The position numbers and the translations under genes were made by a program. Under the pieces are notes generated by a model that was not told the origin of the DNA, did not search any database, and was given only the letters and a program-made list of their open reading frames with translations. Below are positions 51,829 to 60,684 of a stretch of DNA of 64,000 bases, one piece after another (position 1 is the first letter of the stretch; each line of letters begins with the position of its first letter). Location of the stretch: contig MFJU01000001.1 of NCBI GenBank assembly GCA_001779315.1, positions 6,258 through 70,257 on the forward strand. The letters run 5' to 3'. Origin of the DNA: Candidatus Gottesmanbacteria bacterium RIFCSPLOWO2_01_FULL_42_22. Lineage in GTDB: Bacteria; Patescibacteriota; Microgenomatia; 2-02-FULL-39-11.

Positions 51829-52392
51829 ATGTGGAAACAGATACTTAAAAAATTAGATTTTCCCGAATCATACATCTCTATCGCCTTGGGTTTTCTGGTC
51901 GTCTTAGTCGCCGGAATTCTGACTTATAACTATTTCAGTAAAAATAAAATAACTCAAAGTCAGGAGGAGATCGCCAAACAGGAGGAGATCGCCAAACAGG
52001 AAAAGCAGGCGATACCGAAAGATCTTCCGGCAAAATACACCGTCAAGTCATCCGACAGTTTATGGAAAATTGCCGAAGAGTATTACGGTTCAGGTTACAA
52101 CTGGGTTTCGATCGCTCAGGAAAACAGTATTTCGGCTTCAAATCCTGACTATTTGCAGGAAGGCTGGGTATTGAATATACCGAAAGCAGAAGTTATCCGG
52201 CCGGCAGGAGATATTTCAGCTGCCGAAACAGTTCAGCCGAAGGAATATACGGTTCAAAAAGGCGATACATTATGGGCAATTGCCAATAAGGAAACAGGAT
52301 CGGGCTACAACTGGACAAAAATCGCTCAATACAATGCCTTGCAGAATCCTGACCTGATTTATTCCGGCAACGTTCTAAAGATCCCAAGATAA
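51829..52392 (+). CDS. Membrane-anchored protein with two LysM peptidoglycan-binding domains
   Basis: 187 aa; N-terminal TM; two LysM repeats (YTVKSSDSLWKIAEEYYGSGYNW..., YTVQKGDTLWAIANKETGSGYNW...); internal 18-bp tandem repeat encoding QEEIAK x2. Confidence 0.8.
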   Translation: MWKQILKKLDFPESYISIALGFLVVLVAGILTYNYFSKNKITQSQEEIAKQEEIAKQEKQAIPKDLPAKYTVKSSDSLWKIAEEYYGSGYNWVSIAQENSISASNPDYLQEGWVLNIPKAEVIRPAGDISAAETVQPKEYTVQKGDTLWAIANKETGSGYNWTKIAQYNALQNPDLIYSGNVLKIPR

Positions 52393-52485
52393 TATTTCCG
52401 GATTCCGGTTTTATTTATTTCCGTCAAAAACGGATATTCTTTTGTGCTTTTAAGCCGTATGTCTATTTGCTATACTGATTCTCGT

Positions 52486-52560
52486 GCGGGCGTAGTTCAG
52501 CGGTAGAATGTCTCCTTCCCAAGGAGAAGGTCGTGGGTTCAAATCCCATCGCCCGCTCCA
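52486..52560 (+). tRNA. tRNA-Gly (anticodon CCC), CCA encoded
   Basis: Acceptor GCGGGCG/CGCCCGC; anticodon stem TCTCC/GGAGA with loop TTCCCAA; T-loop TTCAAAT; 3' TCCA. Confidence 0.85.
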
Positions 52561-52587
52561 AACGAAATCAGCGCGGGTTAGTTTCGC

Positions 52588-52773
52588 TCAGAACTGTTTT
52601 TCGAGGGATTCTTCGATTTTGTCTGCATCAACACGCTGCAGCATCTTCGGCAGTTCACGGTCCTGTGAAGTATCGATACCCATTTTATCCGTAATCATCT
52701 TCTGCATCTCTAAAAGTTTGGTGATTTCCTGTTCGGTAATCATATCAATCTGCAAGTCCATTTCTTCCCTCAA
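52588..52773 (-). CDS. Possible small acidic helical protein (hypothetical)
   Basis: 61-aa ORF in an otherwise gene-free ~460-bp gap between tRNA-Gly and the MBL gene; no recognisable motif. Confidence 0.2.
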   Translation of the reverse strand: MREEMDLQIDMITEQEITKLLEMQKMITDKMGIDTSQDRELPKMLQRVDADKIEESLEKQF

Positions 52774-53025
52774 ATCGAATAAACGGGAAGCCCTGTTTTG
52801 GGAAATTAAATACCGGAAAACCGATGCTGCCGATTTTTAAATTTATCCAATCAGCAATTATTTGAATGATTGTCCTTCTGGCATCAGCCTTGGCTTTGAG
52901 CGCTCTTACTGACAGGCGGGATGTAGGGATTTTATATTTAATATTCCCAGGCAAAGATTCTGATTTATTTACCATCGATCTTTAATGTAGCGGAAAAAGA
53001 CCGGCAATTCAAGGAAAAGAGAAAG

Positions 53026-53643
53026 TTACCGCCAGAAGTGCTTTTCATTAGCCAATGTCGAACTTTCACCGTGTCCGGGTTTGATTTCGGTTTCTCCGGG
53101 CAAGGAATAAATAAGCTTTAATGATTTTTTTATATCTTCAGGACTGCTGTAAGAAAAATCAGTCCGTCCCACACCTCCTTGGGCAAACAAGGTGTCACCG
53201 GTGAACAGGCTTTTTTCTTGAGGTATATATAGGCAGATACTTCCGGGAGTATGTCCGGGAGTTGCTATTATCCTAATTTCATAATCATCTGCTTTTATGA
53301 TTTCCTTGTCTTTCAGAAAACCGACCGGAATCGGGGGAGGATCAGTTTTAATTCCCAGGAAATGGGCGGCAGACTGAGACATATTCTTCACCAAAAAATC
53401 ATCTTTTTTATTAATAAGAAAAGGAATATTATATGCCAGCATTAGTTCAGTCGCTGCCATAATATGGTCGAAATGTCCGTGGGTGGCAATTATCTTGAGC
53501 GGTTTAACCTTTTTTTCTGTAATTATCCTTTCAATGTAATCAGCGTCATCACCGGGGTCAATTATCAGACAGTCATTATTTTCGGCGATGATGAGGTAGC
53601 AGTTAGATTTCATCTGGCCGACAGGCAGTGTCAGAATTTTCAT
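53026..53643 (-). CDS. MBL-fold metallo-hydrolase (glyoxalase II-like)
   Basis: 205 aa; ..IIATHGHFDHIMA.. metallo-beta-lactamase His motif. Confidence 0.8.
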   Translation of the reverse strand: MKILTLPVGQMKSNCYLIIAENNDCLIIDPGDDADYIERIITEKKVKPLKIIATHGHFDHIMAATELMLAYNIPFLINKKDDFLVKNMSQSAAHFLGIKTDPPPIPVGFLKDKEIIKADDYEIRIIATPGHTPGSICLYIPQEKSLFTGDTLFAQGGVGRTDFSYSSPEDIKKSLKLIYSLPGETEIKPGHGESSTLANEKHFWR

Positions 53644-53648
53644 TTTTC

Positions 53649-53680
53649 TTGACTATTAAAGTTAATTCAAATATTATAAT
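53649..53680 (+). promoter_or_regulatory. Sigma70-like promoter (TTGACT-17-TATTAT, overlapping TATAAT) driving the FMN riboswitch transcript
   Basis: ttgact at 53649-53654; 17-nt spacer; tattat at 53672-53677; tataat at 53675-53680; the riboswitch begins about 8 nt downstream. Confidence 0.5.
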
Positions 53681-53684
53681 AACA

Positions 53685-53871
53685 TTCCTTCGGGGTAGGG
53701 TGAATCTCCTTCGCTGAAGCTTCGGCGATCGAGGTAATTCCCAATCGGTAGATATTCTCTACGAGTCCCGATTATATCGGGACATGAGCCGGCGAAACTC
53801 CGGCAGCGACCGTAAAGTCGGGATAAAAGAGGGATTTGAGTTTGTGTTACCCCGATGGCCGGGGTTTTTTT
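53685..53871 (+). promoter_or_regulatory. FMN riboswitch (RFN element) with a terminator-type expression platform
   Basis: CUUCGGGGUAGGGUGAA...AUUCCCAAUCGGUAG...GCGACCGUAAAGUCGGGAUAAAAGAGGGA matches the RFN core (cf. CUUCGGGGCAGGGUGAAAUUCCCGACCGGCGGUAG...CCGACAGUGAAAGUCUGGAUGGGAGAAGGA). Followed by CCCCGAUGGCCGGGG + UUUUUUU at 53850-53871, abutting the ATG at 53872. Confidence 0.8.
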
Positions 53872-54771
53872 ATGAAAAAAATATTGGTTAAAGGACCGCT
53901 TTTCATTATTATAGCTGCCTTGCTTTGGAGTTTTGACGCTTTACTGCGAAGAAGCCTTTATACTCTGCCGTCATCGGTGATTGTCTTTTATGAGCATCTA
54001 TTGGGCGCGATTATCCTCCTGCCCTTATTAGCAAGATATATAAAAGAAGCGAAAAAGATGAACCGCCGGGAATGGCTCTCTATACTTGTGGTCTCCCTGT
54101 TTTCCGGAGCCTTAGGCACTATTTTCTATACCAAAGCTTTGGGCATGGTCCAGTATATCCAGTTCTCGGTGGTTGTTCTTTTACAGCAGCTTCAGCCTAT
54201 CTGGGCAATTGCGGCAGCCGCCATTATCCTTAAAGAAAAAATTTCGGGCAAATTCATCAAATGGGCGATCTTAGGCATAATCGCCGCTTATTTGATCAGT
54301 TTCCGCGATCTTAAGATAAATTTTGTTTCCGGTTCCGGTCAGATTACCGCGGCTGTCTTAGCTCTCATGGCCGGTTTTGTCTGGGCGGTTTCCACCTCCT
54401 TTTCCAAAGTCGTTTTAAAAAAAGTTTCCTTTTTGACTGCTACTTTTTTAAGATTCATCCTGGCGCCTGTTTTCGCTTTCCTTTTTATTTTAGGAGAGAA
54501 GCAATTGCCGGCTCTTACAAAAATAAATCCCCAGCAGTGGCTGATGCTTTTGGCAATTACATTCTCAACCGGCATGGTGGCTCTGGTTATTTATTATTAC
54601 GGCCTGAAAAAAACACCTGCCAGGGTTAGTACTATCGCGGAATTGGTATGGCCTGCTTCAGCCATTTTTATCGATTATTTCCTCTATAAATCCATCCTCT
54701 CTCCGACACAGATTCTGGGGGTGATACTTTTATTTATCGCTATTTACCATGTCAGTAAATTTTCCAAGTAA
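53872..54771 (+). CDS. EamA/DMT-family 10-TM transporter, probable riboflavin importer (ImpX/RibN-like)
   Basis: Two EamA repeats of ~5 TM helices each; directly controlled by the FMN riboswitch and followed by riboflavin kinase. The ORF is open from the TTG at 53836, but that would read through the terminator hairpin; the ATG at 53872 (MKKILVKG...) is preferred. Confidence 0.75.
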   Translation: MKKILVKGPLFIIIAALLWSFDALLRRSLYTLPSSVIVFYEHLLGAIILLPLLARYIKEAKKMNRREWLSILVVSLFSGALGTIFYTKALGMVQYIQFSVVVLLQQLQPIWAIAAAAIILKEKISGKFIKWAILGIIAAYLISFRDLKINFVSGSGQITAAVLALMAGFVWAVSTSFSKVVLKKVSFLTATFLRFILAPVFAFLFILGEKQLPALTKINPQQWLMLLAITFSTGMVALVIYYYGLKKTPARVSTIAELVWPASAIFIDYFLYKSILSPTQILGVILLFIAIYHVSKFSK

Positions 54772-55144
54772 ATCTTTCAAAGCACAGGTCATCCACGGCC
54801 GGAAAATGGGGAAAAAATTCGGTTTTCCCACCATCAATCTCGATAACCCCAGAATATTATCCGGGTTCAATAACGGAGTTTACGCTGCTTCTGTTGCCAT
54901 TGAGGGCAAAAATTATCAGGGGCTTTTATACAAAGGACCGCGGTTGATTTTGGGGGAAACAGAAACCATTTTGGAAATCTATCTTCTTGATTTTGACAGG
55001 GACATCTACGGGCAATGTGTCTCATTTAAACTCTTGGGCTTTTTGAGGGGAGTAATCCATTTTCCCGACACGGAAGCATACAAAGAACAATTGAAAAATG
55101 ACATTAATACCGCCCAAAAAATCTTCCGAACTTCTAAAGATTAG
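54749..55144 (+). CDS. Monofunctional riboflavin kinase (RibF C-terminal-domain type; no FMN adenylyltransferase domain)
   Basis: 131 aa; ..GRKMGKKFGFPTINL.. flavokinase motif (GxxxGxxxGFPTxN); 23-nt overlap with the transporter gene. Confidence 0.8.
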   Translation: MSVNFPSKSFKAQVIHGRKMGKKFGFPTINLDNPRILSGFNNGVYAASVAIEGKNYQGLLYKGPRLILGETETILEIYLLDFDRDIYGQCVSFKLLGFLRGVIHFPDTEAYKEQLKNDINTAQKIFRTSKD

Positions 55145-55181
55145 TTTTCTTTGTTAAAATCAAGATATTATAGAAATAGTT

Positions 55182-55252
55182 GCCTCTTTAGCTTAGTGGT
55201 AAAGCAGCGGTATCGTAAACCGCCGACGTCGGTTCGATTCCGACAAGGGGCT
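55182..55252 (+). tRNA. tRNA-Thr (anticodon CGT)
   Basis: Acceptor GCCTCTT/AAGGGGC; D-stem GCTT/AAGC; anticodon stem GCGGT/ACCGC with loop ATCGTAA; T-arm GTCGG-TTCGATT-CCGAC. Confidence 0.85.
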
Positions 55253-55271
55253 CAATAAGGCTGGTATAATA

Positions 55272-55985
55272 TTGTTTATGCAGTATACATCACACCGCTT
55301 GCGTTCACAGGAGAAAAAGCTCAATAAAAAGCTCGTTAGAACTGTCATTCTGATATTAGTCGGCACCATTGCCGCATTCCAGATCGGTTTGCCGGTATTG
55401 GCCAAAATTGTCGTTGGGTTGTCATTTCTGAGAAAAGATAAGGGCATTACAGAACAGTCTGCCGTCAGCCTGTTGTTTCCTCCGGCTTTAAATTCCCTAC
55501 CGGAAGCCACCAATTCAGCCATGATCATTGTCTCGGGAGTCACGGACAAAAACAGTTCTATAGTCATTTCTGTTAACGGCGAAGAAGAAAAGAGCGCATC
55601 GGATAATGAAGGACAATTTGAATTCAGGGGAGTCAGACTTCAGGAGGGTGAAAATACCATCGAAGCCTATCTGGAAAAAGAGGGAAAAAGAAGCTCCTCT
55701 GCCGGTTTGAATATTATTTATAAAAAAAAGCCGCCGGAAATTACCATCAATGAACCGGAAAACGGCCGTAAATTTTTCGGGGAGGATAAAACTGTAATTA
55801 TCAGAGGAACAACGGAAAATAATGCCCGTCTGAGTGTCAATGACCGCTTTATTATTGTCGAACCGGACGGCGATTTTGAATACAACACGTCATTAAATGA
55901 GGGCGAGAATAAATTTATTTTCAAATCTTCTGATATAGCCGGTAACAGCCATGAAGTTGAATTTAAGCTTGAGTACTCTCCTTAA
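55272..55985 (+). CDS. Membrane-anchored hypothetical protein with a beta-rich (Ig-like?) extracytoplasmic domain
   Basis: 237 aa; N-terminal TM (VILILVGTIAAFQIGLPVLAKIVVG); no catalytic motif seen. Confidence 0.5.
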   Translation: MFMQYTSHRLRSQEKKLNKKLVRTVILILVGTIAAFQIGLPVLAKIVVGLSFLRKDKGITEQSAVSLLFPPALNSLPEATNSAMIIVSGVTDKNSSIVISVNGEEEKSASDNEGQFEFRGVRLQEGENTIEAYLEKEGKRSSSAGLNIIYKKKPPEITINEPENGRKFFGEDKTVIIRGTTENNARLSVNDRFIIVEPDGDFEYNTSLNEGENKFIFKSSDIAGNSHEVEFKLEYSP

Positions 55986-57135
55986 ATTTTTGCTGTAACC
56001 CTGATAAAAGATAAAACCAGACCAGGAAATAAGTAAAGAACAGTGAATTTAAAAACAGGCTGTGCACCGCCGTAGCAATCATCAAGCTTTTGCCCGTTGC
56101 ATCCAACCGTAAAAACAAGGCTGTTAAAAATCCCAGATAAGCAATCAGGCCTAAGATACCGCTTGAGGCTGCCACAAACAAAAAACTGTTGTCAAAACCG
56201 GCAGCCGAATGGCTGGTCAGCCAGTCTTCACGAAGGTATTGGCTGTTGCGGAAATTGAATCTGAGAGTATTAAAACCTACTCCCAGAAACGGTTTACTTT
56301 TAATAATGGTCACGGCCGATTGCCAGTTCGACAGCCTTTCCCTGATGGAAAAAAGACGTTCCAGTTCGACACCGGCCCCTCCGGGCCTGGGCAGTAAAAA
56401 TAGGCCTGACAATAATACGATTCCGACCAAAAAATATTTAAAAAACCTGCCAGATCTGAAAGCCCAATATAAGGCTCCGGATACCAACGAGACATAAGAA
56501 CTTCTGGAATAGGTAAAAGCCAGACTAAAAAGGAGGGCTATTTTATAAATTATTTCCTGTATCTTCGAGGGATTTGACAGCCGGAACAGAAAAAGGACAA
56601 CCAGAATCAGTCCGAAGTAATTGGGATCAAGTAAAGTTGAAAATATCCGGCGGTAATGCGGATCCCAGCCCAGATAATAAAGATTTCTTAAATCCGGATA
56701 AAGGAAATACTGCAGCCAGCCGGCAATTACCAGAAAAATTCCGAAAAGGGAAACTGATTTAACTGCGAATTTTCTTTCTAAGTATTCTTTATCCAAAACA
56801 ATTAAAATTAACGGGTAAATCTGGAAATAAGCTACAAATCTCGCCAAGTACAAAAGCGAAATTATTTTATCCGTTTGGGAAAGACGGATGGGACTGAACC
56901 ACCAGCTGGCAAGAGCGACCAGGATAAAAAGGCCAAAGGCTTTAAATTCCGGCCTTTCCCGGTAAAGACTGATAAGATTTTTCCATGAAAATAACAGAAG
57001 CAGATTAAGCAGTAAAACGACGATATCCGGAGGATAAAGTTTTAGCGGTTGGGGAAAAAAATCGATTTGGAATAAAGGACCGGCTGAAACAGAGGCTAAC
57101 AGAAGCACAAGGATAATCTTATGGATTTTTTTCAT
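55963..57135 (-). CDS. O-antigen ligase / Wzy-like polytopic membrane protein
   Basis: 390 aa; ~10 TM helices with a large periplasmic loop containing ..TYSRSSYVSL.. (Wzy_C-like). Confidence 0.65.
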   Translation of the reverse strand: MKKIHKIILVLLLASVSAGPLFQIDFFPQPLKLYPPDIVVLLLNLLLLFSWKNLISLYRERPEFKAFGLFILVALASWWFSPIRLSQTDKIISLLYLARFVAYFQIYPLILIVLDKEYLERKFAVKSVSLFGIFLVIAGWLQYFLYPDLRNLYYLGWDPHYRRIFSTLLDPNYFGLILVVLFLFRLSNPSKIQEIIYKIALLFSLAFTYSRSSYVSLVSGALYWAFRSGRFFKYFLVGIVLLSGLFLLPRPGGAGVELERLFSIRERLSNWQSAVTIIKSKPFLGVGFNTLRFNFRNSQYLREDWLTSHSAAGFDNSFLFVAASSGILGLIAYLGFLTALFLRLDATGKSLMIATAVHSLFLNSLFFTYFLVWFYLLSGLQQKFKESTQA

Positions 57136-57901
57136 CTTTAAGGTAAGCAGTATAGAGCTTGCCCCGGGCTAAAAAAGAATGAAAACTCATCATCACGGCC
57201 ATAATCAATCCGGCCACTCCGTCAAGAAAGCCGAATTTCAGCAGATAGTTTTTAAAGAATTTACCTGCCGGATAGAGCAGGATCTGCCAAAAACCGATTC
57301 TTCTCCCCTGCTCTTTCCAAGATTGTGCGACTAGTGTCGAATATTCGTTTATTTTGACTAAAAATTCTTTGATATCTTTATGTGAGGAGTGAATAAAGGG
57401 ATTTTTCAGATACCCCGTTTTTCCGCTGATTTGCCATACTTCATGAACTTTATTGATCCATCGTCCCCTGTCATACCTGCCTAGTCTTAAAAAGAAGATA
57501 TGGCCCGTTTCACCGAACTTCAGCAGTTTCCTATAGATGATATCCTGCCTCTTTATAAAATATCCGTTCACATTTCCCGGGTTTTTAAGGATTTTGGTTA
57601 TTTCCTCCTGTAAATTACGGCTGACTTCCTCATCCGCATCGATTGACAAAACCCACTCATGACTTACCTTGCTTAAAGCAAAATTCCTTTGAGCGGCAAA
57701 ATCACCGTTTAAACTGTGCTGATGAATCTTTAGAGTTCCCGGATAATCTTTTTGAAACTGCTTAATTATGCGAATGACCGCTTCAGTGGAATTATCCAAA
57801 ACCAGAACAATTTCCGGACAAAAACTGACGGATTTTAGGCAGGCTAGAATTTTTGTCTCTTCATTTTGGGCCAGAATGACGCTAGATAGGTTTTTGATCA
57901 C
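57119..57901 (-). CDS. Family 2 glycosyltransferase
   Basis: 260 aa; GT-A fold, ..VLDNSTE.., ..SIDADEE.. (DxD). Confidence 0.8.
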   Translation of the reverse strand: MIKNLSSVILAQNEETKILACLKSVSFCPEIVLVLDNSTEAVIRIIKQFQKDYPGTLKIHQHSLNGDFAAQRNFALSKVSHEWVLSIDADEEVSRNLQEEITKILKNPGNVNGYFIKRQDIIYRKLLKFGETGHIFFLRLGRYDRGRWINKVHEVWQISGKTGYLKNPFIHSSHKDIKEFLVKINEYSTLVAQSWKEQGRRIGFWQILLYPAGKFFKNYLLKFGFLDGVAGLIMAVMMSFHSFLARGKLYTAYLKDEKNP

Positions 57902-58689
57902 TTTATCCTTATTTTATCCCAAATTATCTTGCCTGCCAAAAGGCATAAATAAACCCAGGCGGAAAGCTTCCTTACCCCGAAATGTTTATTGACCAGCTGC
58001 AAATTTGCTTTAAGGTTATAATAGATGGCGCGGTTTGACCAGCGGCCGATAGCCGAACTTAATTTATGATTGATAACCGTTTGGGGTTGGACTCCAATTT
58101 TGAAACCGCTTTTTTTAGCTCTCAGGCAAAAATCAACATCCTCGAAATAGAAAAAGAAGCGCTCGTCAAATAAGCCGATTGACTGAAAAACCTTTCTTCT
58201 GATTAGCATGCAGCAACCGCTGACATAATCCGCTTCTTTTGTATACTTTTTAAAATGCTTTTTTTCTTCCAAATGGCTAGTTCTGCCGGTCCAAGGGTTT
58301 AACCTTCCGCCGTAATCAAATATTGTTTCTCCATCACTATTGAGGAATTTGACGACTGCTCCGCTGATGTCATTTTCGGATTTGCTGATCTCTCCGAAAA
58401 AGTTTTTGGGGACAGTAGTATCATTATTTAGAATCAAAAAGTATGAAATAGCTTTATCTTTGACTGCTTCTTTTAAACCCCGGTTGACTCCGGCGGCGAA
58501 ACCCAGATTTTTTTCATTTCTGACAAGTCTGATATTTTTATAATGCTGAAAGTTTTCCTTTGTACCGTTATCGGCTAAAAAAATAGTGAGTTTAATTTCT
58601 TTTTTATTCGCTTTATAAAGGGAATCCAGGCAGTCTATGGTATCCTGGTACTTGCCGAAATGGAGAATGACGACAGCTATATTTTTCAT
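57898..58689 (-). CDS. Family 2 glycosyltransferase
   Basis: 263 aa; ..FLADNGT.., ..ILNNDTTV.., ..FEDVDF.. Confidence 0.8.
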   Translation of the reverse strand: MKNIAVVILHFGKYQDTIDCLDSLYKANKKEIKLTIFLADNGTKENFQHYKNIRLVRNEKNLGFAAGVNRGLKEAVKDKAISYFLILNNDTTVPKNFFGEISKSENDISGAVVKFLNSDGETIFDYGGRLNPWTGRTSHLEEKKHFKKYTKEADYVSGCCMLIRRKVFQSIGLFDERFFFYFEDVDFCLRAKKSGFKIGVQPQTVINHKLSSAIGRWSNRAIYYNLKANLQLVNKHFGVRKLSAWVYLCLLAGKIIWDKIRIK

Positions 58690-59846
58690 GTCTGTTTTAG
58701 AGTTTCTTTCAGTAATTTTTCCAGCCTGTCAGCGGATTTTGGCCAAGGCCAATTCTCTTTCACATAGTTTCTGCGGTAATCCCGGTCATTATCTTTGGTT
58801 TTTAAAACATCTTCTATTTTTTCAGCGAAAATACTCTCTTCCCTGGCTGAAATTTTACCCAGCCTTTTGTCAGTTAATATTTCCGGGATACCTCCTCCTC
58901 CGGTGGATAAAACCGCAAGCCCGCATGATAAAGCTTCCAAAATAACCAGACCGAACGGTTCATTTAACGGCGCGTAAAGGAAGAGCCTGGCTTGATTATA
59001 AAGCCTTATCAGATTTTCATCGCTTATATTCATCTCCAGCTTAAGCTCTACCCTTTTTTCTTTCGCTAAATTTTTTAAATAAACTGTCTCATTGCCTTCC
59101 GGACCGGCAATAACCAATGACGGCCTCTCATTTTTAGGTATTATGGCTATGCTATTGATAATGAAATCATGTCCTTTCAGAAGTGTCAAAGCTCCGACGG
59201 ATAGTACAAAATTTTCCTTTTTAATATTTAATGGTTTAAATAAATCGCTATCAACACCCGGATAATTTAACCAAACTTCCCTGCCGTAAATATTTTCCAA
59301 ATATTTCTGGCAATATTTTGAAAGAGTGACTATTTGGCCGGCATTTCGGGCATTCTCCCAATCTGTTTTCTTCAAAGGAAATCTGAAGGGAAGCGTCAGG
59401 TTATAGGTCAATTTATTGTTTTCTCTGGGAATATTTTCATAAAATTCCCGCTTTGGTTCCGGACAGGAATACAAAGAAGGGATTTTCAAATATCTCAAAA
59501 CATAAGGAGCTTGGGTCAGGTAGCAGGGATGGACAAAAGCTACATCATATTTGCCGCTGTTTATTCTTTCTGCCATTTGACTATAGGCTTTTTTAAGATC
59601 CGTATAGACAGATATGACAGAATAGGGGAATTTTTCCGGCTGATGATATGGAAATCTGTAAACATGCTGCACAAATTTTGTTAACGGTAAAAAACTTTCA
59701 TTGGTCCCGTTTAATATAAAGAGGTCCAATTGATGTTTTGCCGATAATCTTTTTACCAGCTCAAAAAGAGCCCGTTTCTGTCCTCCGGCAGGCAGATTAT
59801 GGACAACTGCAATTCTCATCTTAGCCTTCACACTTCCACTTCTCAT
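58686..59846 (-). CDS. Family 4 (GT-B, RfaB-like) glycosyltransferase
   Basis: 386 aa; C-terminal ..EPFGLVILEALSCGLAVLSTGGGGIPEIL.. GT4 motif. Confidence 0.8.
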   Translation of the reverse strand: MRSGSVKAKMRIAVVHNLPAGGQKRALFELVKRLSAKHQLDLFILNGTNESFLPLTKFVQHVYRFPYHQPEKFPYSVISVYTDLKKAYSQMAERINSGKYDVAFVHPCYLTQAPYVLRYLKIPSLYSCPEPKREFYENIPRENNKLTYNLTLPFRFPLKKTDWENARNAGQIVTLSKYCQKYLENIYGREVWLNYPGVDSDLFKPLNIKKENFVLSVGALTLLKGHDFIINSIAIIPKNERPSLVIAGPEGNETVYLKNLAKEKRVELKLEMNISDENLIRLYNQARLFLYAPLNEPFGLVILEALSCGLAVLSTGGGGIPEILTDKRLGKISAREESIFAEKIEDVLKTKDNDRDYRRNYVKENWPWPKSADRLEKLLKETLKQT

Positions 59847-60652
59847 TACACCTCGGGAGTGTCATATCTAAATAATCGGGTAAAAAATGCATACATTTGA
59901 ATATTGCCCTGATACAGGCCGAAGATGACGGCTGCCCGGAAACCGTTATATCCGTCCAGAAACCCACGTTTACGATAATAACAGCGAAAAAAATGCCTGG
60001 CAGTTTCCAGAAAGATCCCGCTAAAAAATGACGCTGCCGCTGTTTTTGATTTCGCCAAATCGCTTCCTTCGATTTTAATGTAATTTATTAAACGGAAAAA
60101 AGACAACCAGGAGTTGTACTTGCTTCGTTCAGGACTATGAAGTATCTCCACATCTTTTATATATCGGGTTTTCTTTTCGGGTATCTGGATTTGGGCATGG
60201 ATAATCCCGGAATATTTATAACCTTTGTGGTTACGGAATAGTCTCAACTGCCAATCAGGGTAAAAGTAGCCATGTTTCAAATAGGTCTTATCATTTATAT
60301 AATTCCTCCTCGGAAACCAATACCCGTCGATATCCTTTTTCTTAACCAACTCCCGTATCACTTCTTGAGCCCCCTCCGTCAACTCCTCATCCGCATCTAA
60401 TGTTAGTATCCATTCATTATTACTTTTTGAAATTGCATAATTTTTTTGAACAGAGAAATTAATAAATTTTTGGGAATATATTTGTTTTGTATATTGTGAT
60501 AATTCATTAACTGTATTGTCTCTACTATATGAATCAACAATGATTAAATTATCACCGTATTTTTTCCTAACTAATTTATTTATATTTTTTTCTTCATCTT
60601 GAACTATTACTACTAAATCTATTTTAAAATCTCTGTTAATAGCTATTGACAT
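59846..60652 (-). CDS. Family 2 glycosyltransferase (LPS-core/KdtX-like), markedly AT-rich
   Basis: 268 aa; ..LTLDADEELTEG.. DxD region; AT-rich codon usage unlike the upstream GT genes. Confidence 0.7.
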   Translation of the reverse strand: MSIAINRDFKIDLVVIVQDEEKNINKLVRKKYGDNLIIVDSYSRDNTVNELSQYTKQIYSQKFINFSVQKNYAISKSNNEWILTLDADEELTEGAQEVIRELVKKKDIDGYWFPRRNYINDKTYLKHGYFYPDWQLRLFRNHKGYKYSGIIHAQIQIPEKKTRYIKDVEILHSPERSKYNSWLSFFRLINYIKIEGSDLAKSKTAAASFFSGIFLETARHFFRCYYRKRGFLDGYNGFRAAVIFGLYQGNIQMYAFFTRLFRYDTPEV

Positions 60653-60684
60653 AACTGTAAATTATATTTAACTTATAAATATAA

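Noticed and set aside
51944-52000. Tandem repeats, as a possible CRISPR or mobile-element signal
   Set aside because: The 18-bp x2 repeat in the LysM gene and the (PT)n-encoding repeat at 61640-61710 are in-frame coding repeats. No repeat-spacer array, transposase or integrase was found anywhere in the window.
52508-52840. 110-aa plus-strand ORF
   Set aside because: It starts inside tRNA-Gly and has a Cys/Ser-rich low-complexity translation. Judged spurious.
53836-53871. TTG start for the transporter gene given by the ORF caller
   Set aside because: That start would translate through the riboswitch terminator hairpin and U-tract. The ATG at 53872, immediately after the terminator, is the more plausible start.
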